From assembly GCA_965223325.1 (NCBI GenBank), contig CBDCWI010000002.1, positions 2,080,001 through 2,144,000 of the forward strand: DNA of 64,000 bases, in the 5' to 3' direction. Of this stretch, positions 50,895-59,266 are shown one piece after another. The notes beneath the pieces are model-generated. The model saw only the letters and a list, made by a program, of their open reading frames with translations. It was not told the origin of the DNA and did not search any database. A program made the position numbers and the translations under genes. The DNA comes from Candidatus Multivoradales bacterium. GTDB lineage: Bacteria; Acidobacteriota; Thermoanaerobaculia; Multivoradales; Multivoraceae. Each line of letters begins with the position of its first letter. Within the stretch, counting starts at the first letter, position 1.

Positions 50895-53420
50895 CTATTT
50901 GCGAAAGCTGATGGTCATGCCGTAGGTTCGCGGTTCGCTCCAGTTGGTGTAGTTCGAAAACACTCCATCGTCGATGGTGCTGGTGCGGTACTGTTCGTCG
51001 CTGAGGTTTCGGCCCCAAATCGACAGGCTCCAAAGCCCATCCGCTCCGCGGAAGATCTCAGCCAGTGCGTTGACCAGAAAAACGCCATCCTCCTGGGCCC
51101 AGGGTTCGTTGCTGACCGACAGATAGTAGTCGTCGGTCCATGAACCCTGAAGCGCGACGGCACCGGCCCAGGGCCCGCCGATGCTGAACGAGTGGCGAGC
51201 AAACACGTTGGCGCTCAGTCCGGGAGCGTCATTGAGCTCGTTGCCAACAATAGGAACCACCTGCGCCAGAATGTTGGTGACGCCTATGATGACATTGGGA
51301 TCGCTGAACCCGGACGCGGCGACGGAGGTGATCTCTGTGTCGAGGTATCCAACGCCGAGCCCAAGGTTGAAACCGTTGCCAGCGAACCAACTGAGGTCGA
51401 GCTCCGCGCCCGTGGTTTCGGCATCGCCCAGGTTCGTCAGACCTGAGAATACGGCTCCGCCACCGGCCGTCGACGACTGGGCATTCAGATTGCCCTGAAA
51501 GTCCTCGTACTCGTAGTGGAAAACGGATCCGTTGAGGCGCACTTGGCGATTCGAGAGGGTCGACTTGAATCCCAGCTCGAAGGCAAGGTTCGTTTCCGGC
51601 TCGTAGGCAACGATGGACTCTGGACTGAAGAAGAAGCCGCCGAAAAAGCCTCCCGATTTGAACGTCTGGCCGGCGCTGACGTAGAGAAGCGTGTCGTCGG
51701 ATGGTTTCCAGTCGAGATTGATCTTGAACGAGGGCTCGTCCTTGTCGTACCGAGCCACAGCTCCCACGGCGAGTGGGAAGAGGTTGGTCACCGGATCGTA
51801 GCCGGCGAACGTTGCGCAGTCCTCGAGGCCGAAGCCAACCAGGGTACAGGTCCATGCACCGTCGTTGATCCAAACACCACCAGTGTAGTCCTTGGTTTCG
51901 TCGGTGTAGCGTGCATCTGCGGTCAAACGCAGGTTGTCTGTGATCCCCAAGGAGTACTGCCCATAGATTGACCAGGCTTCGGTGGTCTGGTCGTAGAGCA
52001 TCGTGCCGCAGCCGGGAAAGACGGCGTAGTCGAAATAGAGATTGGCCGGGAACTCGCAGTGGCGGTCCTCGATCAGGTCATCCTCGGCATAGACCGCTCC
52101 CAGCATCCAGCTGTTGGAGCCAGCGGTACTCGACAGCAGGCGAAACTCCTGCGACCATGATTCGATCTGAGTGTCGTATTCGGTCACGTAGTTCGGATCG
52201 GCGACTCCGCCGTTGGCGCGGCCCACGGCACTGCCGAACGCTTGCCAGGCATCTGGGTTCTGACTCTCAGCGATGCCAACAGCACCTGTACCGTTGGTGT
52301 GAAAAAAGTCCATCGACGCGTACGACGAGATCGACACCAGGCTCACGCCAGGCAGCTCCCAGTTCAGGTTGAGCGCGGCGGCCGAGAACTCGTCGTTGTT
52401 TCGACGAGCCACGGACTCACCACCACGGTAACGACCATCCGGAGTCAGACCGTTCGCTGTGATACATGTCGAGTCCGGAATTCCCGTAGCCAGCACGGCG
52501 TCACAGTACGCCGGAGTCCCGTCGGGATTGAACGGGACGTTCATCGCGGGCGAACCGAAAGGCACCAGGGGTCCTTCCCAGGCGGTGTTCGGATCGAGAT
52601 AGCCCGCCAACTCCGGAATGGAGACTTCAGAGCGGTCTTTGCCGTACGTCAGCCGGAGATCCACAGTGAACTCGTCCGAAGGGTATGCGGAGAAAGAGAG
52701 GCGCCCCTGGGTCTTGTCGTCCCCCCCTTGATCGCGATTCAGGAACGTGTTCCTGAAGTGGCCGTCACTCGTGGCGCGATCGACGGCCAGGCGAGCGGCC
52801 GAGCGCTCTCCGGTCTGAAGGCTCATACCGCCACGAACATTGGCTCTCCCGAAGTTTCCGAGATCACCGGCCACGTTGACCTTGAAACCGTCGAGGCCCG
52901 GGCGGCGGGAAACGAGGTTGATGGCTCCACCCGTACTGTTGCGGCCGTACAGGCCGCCCTGGGGTCCCTTCAGAATCTCGACTCGCTCGGTGTCGAAGAG
53001 CGCAAAGGCACTGTAGACTCCGTACGGCTGATACACGTCGTCTACCACCATTGCGGTGGTCGGAGTGTTGTTGGCGTTGTAGTCCTGCAAGCCGACCCCA
53101 CGAATCACGAAGATGGGAATATCGCTGTCGCCGGACTCACTGAGCTCCAGGTTGGGCACGAATTCGGTGATATCTCGTGCTTCACTAACGCCAAGCGCCT
53201 CGAGCTCCTCGCCCTCCAGGGCGGTAATCGAAATCCCGATGTCCTGCAGACTCTGTTCCCGCTTCTGTGCGGTAACGACGATCTCTTCTGCGAGTTGTGG
53301 GCCGACATCAGGGGTTTGTGCCTGGGTTTCGCTCGGGGCCTCTTGCTCGCTTTGAGCCCAGAGCGCTGAGGTGGTGAGGAGCAAAAGGGAGACTGCCGCG
53401 GTTGGAAGGGGACGCTTCAT
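50895..53420 (-). CDS. TonB-dependent receptor
   Basis: Signal peptide; EIVVTAQKREQSLQD, ERVEILKGPQGGLYGRNSTGG, WGRNLSDE, EPRTYG. Confidence 0.95.
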   Translation of the reverse strand: MKRPLPTAAVSLLLLTTSALWAQSEQEAPSETQAQTPDVGPQLAEEIVVTAQKREQSLQDIGISITALEGEELEALGVSEARDITEFVPNLELSESGDSDIPIFVIRGVGLQDYNANNTPTTAMVVDDVYQPYGVYSAFALFDTERVEILKGPQGGLYGRNSTGGAINLVSRRPGLDGFKVNVAGDLGNFGRANVRGGMSLQTGERSAARLAVDRATSDGHFRNTFLNRDQGGDDKTQGRLSFSAYPSDEFTVDLRLTYGKDRSEVSIPELAGYLDPNTAWEGPLVPFGSPAMNVPFNPDGTPAYCDAVLATGIPDSTCITANGLTPDGRYRGGESVARRNNDEFSAAALNLNWELPGVSLVSISSYASMDFFHTNGTGAVGIAESQNPDAWQAFGSAVGRANGGVADPNYVTEYDTQIESWSQEFRLLSSTAGSNSWMLGAVYAEDDLIEDRHCEFPANLYFDYAVFPGCGTMLYDQTTEAWSIYGQYSLGITDNLRLTADARYTDETKDYTGGVWINDGAWTCTLVGFGLEDCATFAGYDPVTNLFPLAVGAVARYDKDEPSFKINLDWKPSDDTLLYVSAGQTFKSGGFFGGFFFSPESIVAYEPETNLAFELGFKSTLSNRQVRLNGSVFHYEYEDFQGNLNAQSSTAGGGAVFSGLTNLGDAETTGAELDLSWFAGNGFNLGLGVGYLDTEITSVAASGFSDPNVIIGVTNILAQVVPIVGNELNDAPGLSANVFARHSFSIGGPWAGAVALQGSWTDDYYLSVSNEPWAQEDGVFLVNALAEIFRGADGLWSLSIWGRNLSDEQYRTSTIDDGVFSNYTNWSEPRTYGMTISFRK

Positions 53421-53509
53421 GAGATCTCCTGGTTGGCCGGTCCTAGTGGGGCCATAGGTTTATCGTGGCTGGCTCGAATGACGAGGTTGCGACGCAGGGT
53501 ACCAGAACA

Positions 53510-53522
53510 TACACTGTCTGTA
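53510..53522. promoter_or_regulatory. Candidate TetR operator TACA-n5-TGTA in the divergent TBDR/ligase promoter
   Basis: tacactgtctgta within an AT-rich intergenic region. Confidence 0.4.
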
Positions 53523-53557
53523 AATTTTTATCACCAGTACTTTTCTGAGAGACAGGT

Positions 53558-55261
53558 ATGAACGAGACAGACTATCTGGCACGGCTGTCCGAGCTGCGTG
53601 CACAGCGGTGGCCCACAGGAGTGCCGAAGCAACCCAGCTACCCGTTCGGCGAACAACCGATGTCCGAGTACCTTCGTCGCTGGGCGAGGACTCTGCCCGA
53701 AAAGCCGGCGATCGAGTTCTACGGTCACACGATCACCTTTGCCGAGCTCGATGAGCAGAGCGAGCGCTTCGCGAACGTGCTTCATGGCCTGGGCATCGCC
53801 CCCGGTGATCGCGTTGCGGTCTTCATGCCCAACTGCCCCCAGTTCAACATCGCCTACTGGGGCATCATGAAGGCTGGCGCGGTCCACGTACCCGTCAGCC
53901 CGCTGTCGAAGGAGCTCGAGCTGCGTCACGAGCTCTCCGACGCCCGCCCCAGAGCGATGTTCTGCTTCGATCAGCTGCTGGGGCTGGCACAACCGGTCTG
54001 CGACGAGCTTGGTATCGAACACATTCTCTGCACGAGTTACAGCGAACTGCGGCCGGAGAATCCGACTCTTGAGTTGCCAGAGTTCTTCGACCTTCCCAAG
54101 ATCGAAGCCAAAGATGGGGTGCTCGACTTCTATCCGACACTCGCTGCGGCCTCAGCCACGCCAACTGGTCACGTCCCCGACCTCGACGACATGGCGGCGC
54201 TCAACTACACCGGCGGAACAACCGGACTGCCGAAGGGCTGTGTGCACACGCACAGGAACATCCTCTACACCATGGCGAGCTATTGTCCGATCGTCTTCGG
54301 GGAATCGGAAGGAGAGAGCGCTCCGGTCCAGCTCTCATTTCTGCCTCAGTTCTGGATCGCCGGAGAAAACACTGGTGTCTTGATGCCCATCTTTACTGGC
54401 GCCACTGTGGTCCTCATGGCGCGATGGGATGCAGTCGGCTTCATGCAGGCAGTACAGCACTACTCTGTTTCCCAGTGCATCATGCTGGTCGACAGCATCG
54501 ACGATGTGTTGAACCAGGAGACGTTGGCAGCTTACGACCTCACCTCGCTCACGTTGACGCCCTGTGTATCCTTCATCAAGAAGATCAACCAGGACTACCG
54601 CGACCGCTGGCGAGAGAGGACTGGAGCGACCCTGTTCGAAACCGCCTATGGCCTGACCGAAACCCACACCTGCGACACGTTCACTCGCGGCTTCCAGGCG
54701 GACGATCTCGATCTTTCGTTCGATCCGACCTTTGTCGGCCTCCCGGTCCCTGGCTGCGAGATCAAGATCGCGGACTTCGAATCGGGCGACCTCAAGGAGA
54801 TCGGCGAGGAAGGAGAGATCCAGATTCGCACTCCTTCGTTGCTGAAGGGGTATTGGGAAAAGCCCGAGATCAACGATCGGTTGTTCGAGCGCGGCTGGTT
54901 CAAGACCGGCGACCTTGGCTTGATTACCGACGATGGTTTCTTGCGCTATCTGGGGCGGCGAAAGGAAATGCTGAAAGTCAACGGCATGAGTGTCTTCCCC
55001 ACCGAGCTCGAAGCCCTCATCGGCAGGCACGAGGCGATCGCAGCATGTGGCGTTGTCGGCCGCGATGATGACCAGAAGGGGCAAGTGCCGGTGGCGTTTG
55101 CGGTGCTCAAAGAGGGAGCCGAGGAAACGGTGGACTCTCTGCGCAACTGGTGTAAGGAATCGATGTCCACCTACAAGGTGCCGGAGTTCCGCCTCATGCC
55201 CAGTCTGCCGATGACCGCGACGGGCAAGATCATCAAGTCCGAACTGGAGAGCCTGCTATGA
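53558..55261 (+). CDS. Long-chain acyl-CoA synthetase (AMP-binding)
   Basis: YTGGTTGLPKG, YGLTE, KTGDLG, GRRKEMLK, TATGK. Confidence 0.93.
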   Translation: MNETDYLARLSELRAQRWPTGVPKQPSYPFGEQPMSEYLRRWARTLPEKPAIEFYGHTITFAELDEQSERFANVLHGLGIAPGDRVAVFMPNCPQFNIAYWGIMKAGAVHVPVSPLSKELELRHELSDARPRAMFCFDQLLGLAQPVCDELGIEHILCTSYSELRPENPTLELPEFFDLPKIEAKDGVLDFYPTLAAASATPTGHVPDLDDMAALNYTGGTTGLPKGCVHTHRNILYTMASYCPIVFGESEGESAPVQLSFLPQFWIAGENTGVLMPIFTGATVVLMARWDAVGFMQAVQHYSVSQCIMLVDSIDDVLNQETLAAYDLTSLTLTPCVSFIKKINQDYRDRWRERTGATLFETAYGLTETHTCDTFTRGFQADDLDLSFDPTFVGLPVPGCEIKIADFESGDLKEIGEEGEIQIRTPSLLKGYWEKPEINDRLFERGWFKTGDLGLITDDGFLRYLGRRKEMLKVNGMSVFPTELEALIGRHEAIAACGVVGRDDDQKGQVPVAFAVLKEGAEETVDSLRNWCKESMSTYKVPEFRLMPSLPMTATGKIIKSELESLL

Positions 55262-57105
55262 ACCGTCGGCCGTCTATAGGGCGCGAGCTGCTCTGTGTGC
55301 TCGCTGTCTCGACGACGCTGCTTGCCTGCAGTCAGGAAGCGCCACCTTCGGCCGCCACAGGGCGCGCGGAGTGTCGATCAGAATTCGGCGTCTACGAAGG
55401 CTGTGGCGGAGCGTACTTCAATGAATGGGTGACCCGCTCGGAGTACATCGAAACTCGGGATGGAACTCGCCTCGCTGCCGACATTTCGATCCCAGCCACA
55501 GGCGGGAGGGCGGTCGCCGAACGCTTCCCCGTATTGTGGACCTACACCCGCTACCACCGTCGATCCGGCGCGGAGCCGGACATCGAGGAAAGTGCCAAGC
55601 TGCAGCGCCTGGTCGAAAACGGCTACGTCGTGGTGGTAGTCAATGTGCGAGGAGGCGGCGCGTCGTTCGGGCGCTATGAGGGGCTGTTCAGCAAGGTCGA
55701 GACAGCCGATGCGTTCGATGTCATGGAGTGGCTCTCGAACCAGCCGTTCAGCAACGGCAAGCTCGGCATGTTCGGAGGCTCCTACCTCGGGATTACACAG
55801 TACATGGCCGCCAGCACGCACCATCCGGCATTGCTGGCCATCATGCCGGAGGTGGGCTACTTCGATTTCTTCGATGCTCTTCGTCGTGGTGGGATTCTGC
55901 GCGAGGACCAGGTACGTAACTGGGCCGATGGCACACGCTTTCTCGACAAGGAGAAATCGCCCGCCCCGGTCGACGCCGACATCGACGGAACGCTGGCGGC
56001 GCAGGCGGTTGCCGAACACGAGACCAATTTCGACCCTACGGTTCCCCTGGCCGAGGCCGAGTTTCGGGACTCTACCGCCAACGAGTTCGATTGGGTTTCC
56101 GATATGCCGCGTGTGGTCTATGACGAAGTCGAGGCCAGTGGAATTCCGATCTACCACGTCGGGGCCTGGCACGACGCCTACACGACCGACACGCTGTTGC
56201 TCGAAGCCAACTACCCTGGAACCGACCGCCTGTTGATGGGACCGTGGGCGCACGACCCGACCTCGGAACTCGAGAGGCAGGAGTATCAACGCGTCATCAC
56301 GTCAGAGACCCTACGTTGGTACGACCACTGGCTCAAGGGCATCGCCACCGGCATCCTCGACGAACCAGAGATGCAGGTAGCCGTTATCGACACTCCGCGG
56401 CGGAGCTGGCAGTGGATGACGCTCGCAGCGCTGCCAGAAGACCGGATCCAGTTCTTCCTCGGCTCGCAGCTCGAGACGTCCACGGTGGAGCTGCCAGGCG
56501 ACTTCGAGCTCCTGCTGGAACCGTCCGAAGAAGAGCGCGGGCTCTCGTATCAGGTCGATCTGCAAACGACAACCGGAACGAAGACCCGTTGGGACGCAAA
56601 TTTCGGTGGTGTCGCGGACTATCCCGATATGTCAGGCAACGACGCGCTTGCCCTCGCGTTCACCTCGGCGCCGTTGGAGGAGGATCTGATCGTCCTGGGG
56701 GCTCCTGTCGCCAACATCCTGCTCTCGGTTTCGGAACGAGATACAGATGTCTACGTCCTCCTCGAGGAAGTCGACGAGGCCGGTTTCTCTCACTATGCCA
56801 GTGAAGGAATGCTGCGCGCATCCCTTCGGGAGGAAGCGCAAGCGCCGTGGGAGAACAACCTCGGGCTCCCGTGGCATCGCGCCTTTGCCGAGGATCGAGA
56901 GCCACTGATTCCCGGTAGGACGGTTGAGTTGAGGATCCCCATGCAGCCGACCGGACATCGCTTCAACGAGGGGAGCCGGATCCGCATCGTCTTGATGGGA
57001 GCCGACAAGGACAACACCGAGGAGCCGCCGTTTCCGGACGCAGAATGGACCGTCCTTGCGGGGAAGGGCGGATCCCGTGTATCCCTGCCTGTCTACTCCG
57101 ACTAG
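55258..57105 (+). CDS. CocE/NonD family hydrolase lipoprotein
   Basis: Lipobox LLAC; RDGTRLAAD, GGSYLG, GPWAH; PepX-like C-terminal domain. Confidence 0.9.
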   Translation: MNRRPSIGRELLCVLAVSTTLLACSQEAPPSAATGRAECRSEFGVYEGCGGAYFNEWVTRSEYIETRDGTRLAADISIPATGGRAVAERFPVLWTYTRYHRRSGAEPDIEESAKLQRLVENGYVVVVVNVRGGGASFGRYEGLFSKVETADAFDVMEWLSNQPFSNGKLGMFGGSYLGITQYMAASTHHPALLAIMPEVGYFDFFDALRRGGILREDQVRNWADGTRFLDKEKSPAPVDADIDGTLAAQAVAEHETNFDPTVPLAEAEFRDSTANEFDWVSDMPRVVYDEVEASGIPIYHVGAWHDAYTTDTLLLEANYPGTDRLLMGPWAHDPTSELERQEYQRVITSETLRWYDHWLKGIATGILDEPEMQVAVIDTPRRSWQWMTLAALPEDRIQFFLGSQLETSTVELPGDFELLLEPSEEERGLSYQVDLQTTTGTKTRWDANFGGVADYPDMSGNDALALAFTSAPLEEDLIVLGAPVANILLSVSERDTDVYVLLEEVDEAGFSHYASEGMLRASLREEAQAPWENNLGLPWHRAFAEDREPLIPGRTVELRIPMQPTGHRFNEGSRIRIVLMGADKDNTEEPPFPDAEWTVLAGKGGSRVSLPVYSD

Positions 57106-57420
57106 GAACCCCTCGAGAACCCGCGCCTCACGCTGAACCGGGGATTTCCAAGCGGCCCGGAGCCCTGAGCCCCTTTTGCGGCGATCAGGGAGCAGTGACT
57201 CCTCGCCGTCCTCGGCTTCGCCTTCGGCCGCCGGGGCCGACTCACCGTCGGCATCGTCCGCAGTGGTCCCCGAATCGGCATCCGAGAGGACCTGAGCCTC
57301 GGTATCGGCTGCGCCATCTTGGTTCCGCCTCAGGTTTTCGTGCGCTTGATGAACTGCACGTACGGCGTGCGGATCCGACGGACTCGCCGGCGATCTTGAG
57401 CCGGCCTTATGGAGAGAGTC

Positions 57421-57564
57421 ATGAGCACGGCGACCGAAAATGCTGAACAGATCTTCCGCGAGCACGGTGGGACGCTCAGAACGAAGGAGGCCCTGGACGC
57501 AGCTCTAATCATTCGCGGCCCGTCAACTCGAAGCGTCTGGGAAGAAGAATCTAACCACTTTTAA
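57421..57564 (+). pseudogene. N-terminal fragment of an AbiEi (type IV TA) antitoxin
   Basis: MSTATENAEQIFREHGGTLRTKEALDA, then the sequence diverges and stops; GGAGAG SD. Confidence 0.55.
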
Positions 57565-57580
57565 AGAAAAACAGGTTAGA
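57550..57580. promoter_or_regulatory. Palindrome TCTAACC-n17-GGTTAGA, candidate operator for the CGNR/ABATE regulator
   Basis: Perfect 7-bp arms around an AT-rich spacer, upstream of the DUF3291-CGNR pair. Confidence 0.55.
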
Positions 57581-57639
57581 ATCGAAACCCTACGGCCCTA
57601 CTAAGAACTGGATCGAGGACCAAGCAACGGGAGGCTGCG

Positions 57640-58122
57640 ATGACGAAGGACCATCACCTTGCGCAGGCCAACATCGCGCGCATGAAGGGGCCGCTCGATT
57701 CAGCGGTCATGGAGGGGTTCCGAAGGCAGCTCGACGCCATCAACGCTGCTGCGGACCACAGTCGCGGTTTCGTCTGGCGGCTTCAAACCGAAAGCGGCGA
57801 CTCGACCGACATCCGTGCCTATGACGACGAGTCGATCCTGTTCAACCTGTCGGTCTGGGAGACCGTCGAAGACCTCCACTTCTACGTCTATCGCGGGGCC
57901 CACTCGGGGCCTTTCCGAGATCGCAAGCTCTGGTTCGAGCCCACGGAGTCTCCGCTCGTCCTGTGGTGGGTCCCGGTTGGCCATAGACCGACGGTGGAAG
58001 AGGCCGTCGAGAAGCTCGACGCTCTGCGCGAGCATGGCCCAACACCCGCGGCGTTTACCTTCAAGGAGGCATTCCCTGCACCGACCGCGGCTGGAGGTGA
58101 CGACCATGCCGCGCCCGCGTGA
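57640..58122 (+). CDS. DUF3291 domain protein
   Basis: HLAQANIARM, GFVWRLQ, NLSVWE, LWWVPVGHRPT, AFTF. Confidence 0.9.
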   Translation: MTKDHHLAQANIARMKGPLDSAVMEGFRRQLDAINAAADHSRGFVWRLQTESGDSTDIRAYDDESILFNLSVWETVEDLHFYVYRGAHSGPFRDRKLWFEPTESPLVLWWVPVGHRPTVEEAVEKLDALREHGPTPAAFTFKEAFPAPTAAGGDDHAAPA

Positions 58123-58756
58123 CTACCCGTACGGGGCGGACATCACGTCAGAGCATCTCAGCTTTCAGGCCGGCGACCCCTGCCTCAACTTCGCCAACAC
58201 CCGCGAGCTTCGCAAGGGTAGACAACCACAGGAGTTTCTGCATGGCTATGCTGATCTCCTGGTGTTCTCCAGGCGTGTCGGGCTCCACGGCGAGAGCAAG
58301 ATGGTGCAGCTCGAGTTGATGGCCAAGAAACATCCGCGGCTGGCGAGAGCCTCGTTCATTCGTGCGCTCGAGCTGCGCGAGTCCATCTATCCGGCCATGA
58401 CCCGCGTCGCGGAGGGAAAGGTGCCAGAGGCCGCACTGCTCGGCCGGCTCAGCAAACTCTGGCGGACTGCGGTCGCGAGCTCCGAGCTGGTTTGTCGGCA
58501 GGGTGACTATCGAATCGACTGGAAGATAGGTGCAACCGACCTGGACGCAGTCTGGTGGCCGATCGCCTCTGCCGTGATCGAGCTGCTGCGCTCAGAGCGA
58601 CGAACGTTCGTCAAGGAGTGTCGGGGCGTCGACTGCGGCTGGCTGTTTATCGACTCGAGCCGAAACAAGACCCGCGCCTGGTGCAGTATGAAGGCGTGCG
58701 GCAATCGAGCCAAAGCCGCTCGGTACTACGCCCGCCATTCTCGCCAGGAGCCTTAA
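58106..58756 (+). CDS. ABATE / CGNR zinc finger regulator
   Basis: Start re-set to the ATG at 58106 after GGAGG; CLNFANT, KECRGVDCGWLFIDSSRNKTRAWCSMKACGNRAK. Confidence 0.92.
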   Translation: MPRPRDYPYGADITSEHLSFQAGDPCLNFANTRELRKGRQPQEFLHGYADLLVFSRRVGLHGESKMVQLELMAKKHPRLARASFIRALELRESIYPAMTRVAEGKVPEAALLGRLSKLWRTAVASSELVCRQGDYRIDWKIGATDLDAVWWPIASAVIELLRSERRTFVKECRGVDCGWLFIDSSRNKTRAWCSMKACGNRAKAARYYARHSRQEP

Positions 58757-58789
58757 ACCGGGTAGTTCGGGCATAGGCGAAACGCGGCC
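58751..58789 (+). repeat. Solo copy of the left end of the RAYT-like element
   Basis: ccttaaACCGGGTAGTTCGGGCAtaggcgaaacgcggcc versus ccttgtACCGGGTAGTTCGGGCAgcgcgaaacggcc at 30771. Confidence 0.75.
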
Positions 58790-58835
58790 AGGTCGCCGCC
58801 CGAGAGCACCAGCAACTCGGCAAACGTGCAGCCGT

Positions 58836-59001
58836 CTAGTACCCCGTACCATTGAAACGGATAGTGGCTGAGCGGATGGTCGTGCTCGAGATCAAGGCGT
58901 CACGACGCAGGCGTATTGGTGATCTGTCAAGGAGTGACAACACAGAGATCGAGCGCGAGGACCGCGCAGACGCTGTGCGTTTCAATGGTACGGGGTACTA
59001 G
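58836..59001. mobile_element. 166-bp MITE with perfect 24-bp terminal inverted repeats ending in CTAG (IS630-like ends)
   Basis: CTAGTACCCCGTACCATTGAAACG (58836-58859) and its exact reverse complement (58978-59001). Confidence 0.8.
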
Positions 59002-59266
59002 TACACCCTCGAGAGATGTGACGAGCGCTTCTCAGGCCAGGGACTCGAACGCCAACTGCAGCGCGCGCGGCACTTCCGGGGAGAGTGACACCTGCGTCCG
59101 GGTTTCGACCCTTGCTGCCGACAGTCTCGCGCGCTGCGACTGGCCCACCCTCGCCGGTGCGTAGAGCTAGCTCGTCGTTGGTGGGTGGTGAGCAACCTCC
59201 TCCGGCCCAGGCCGTATCTGTTGTAGGCCCACAACCGATCCCGTCCCAACCGAGGGAGGACCCGAG

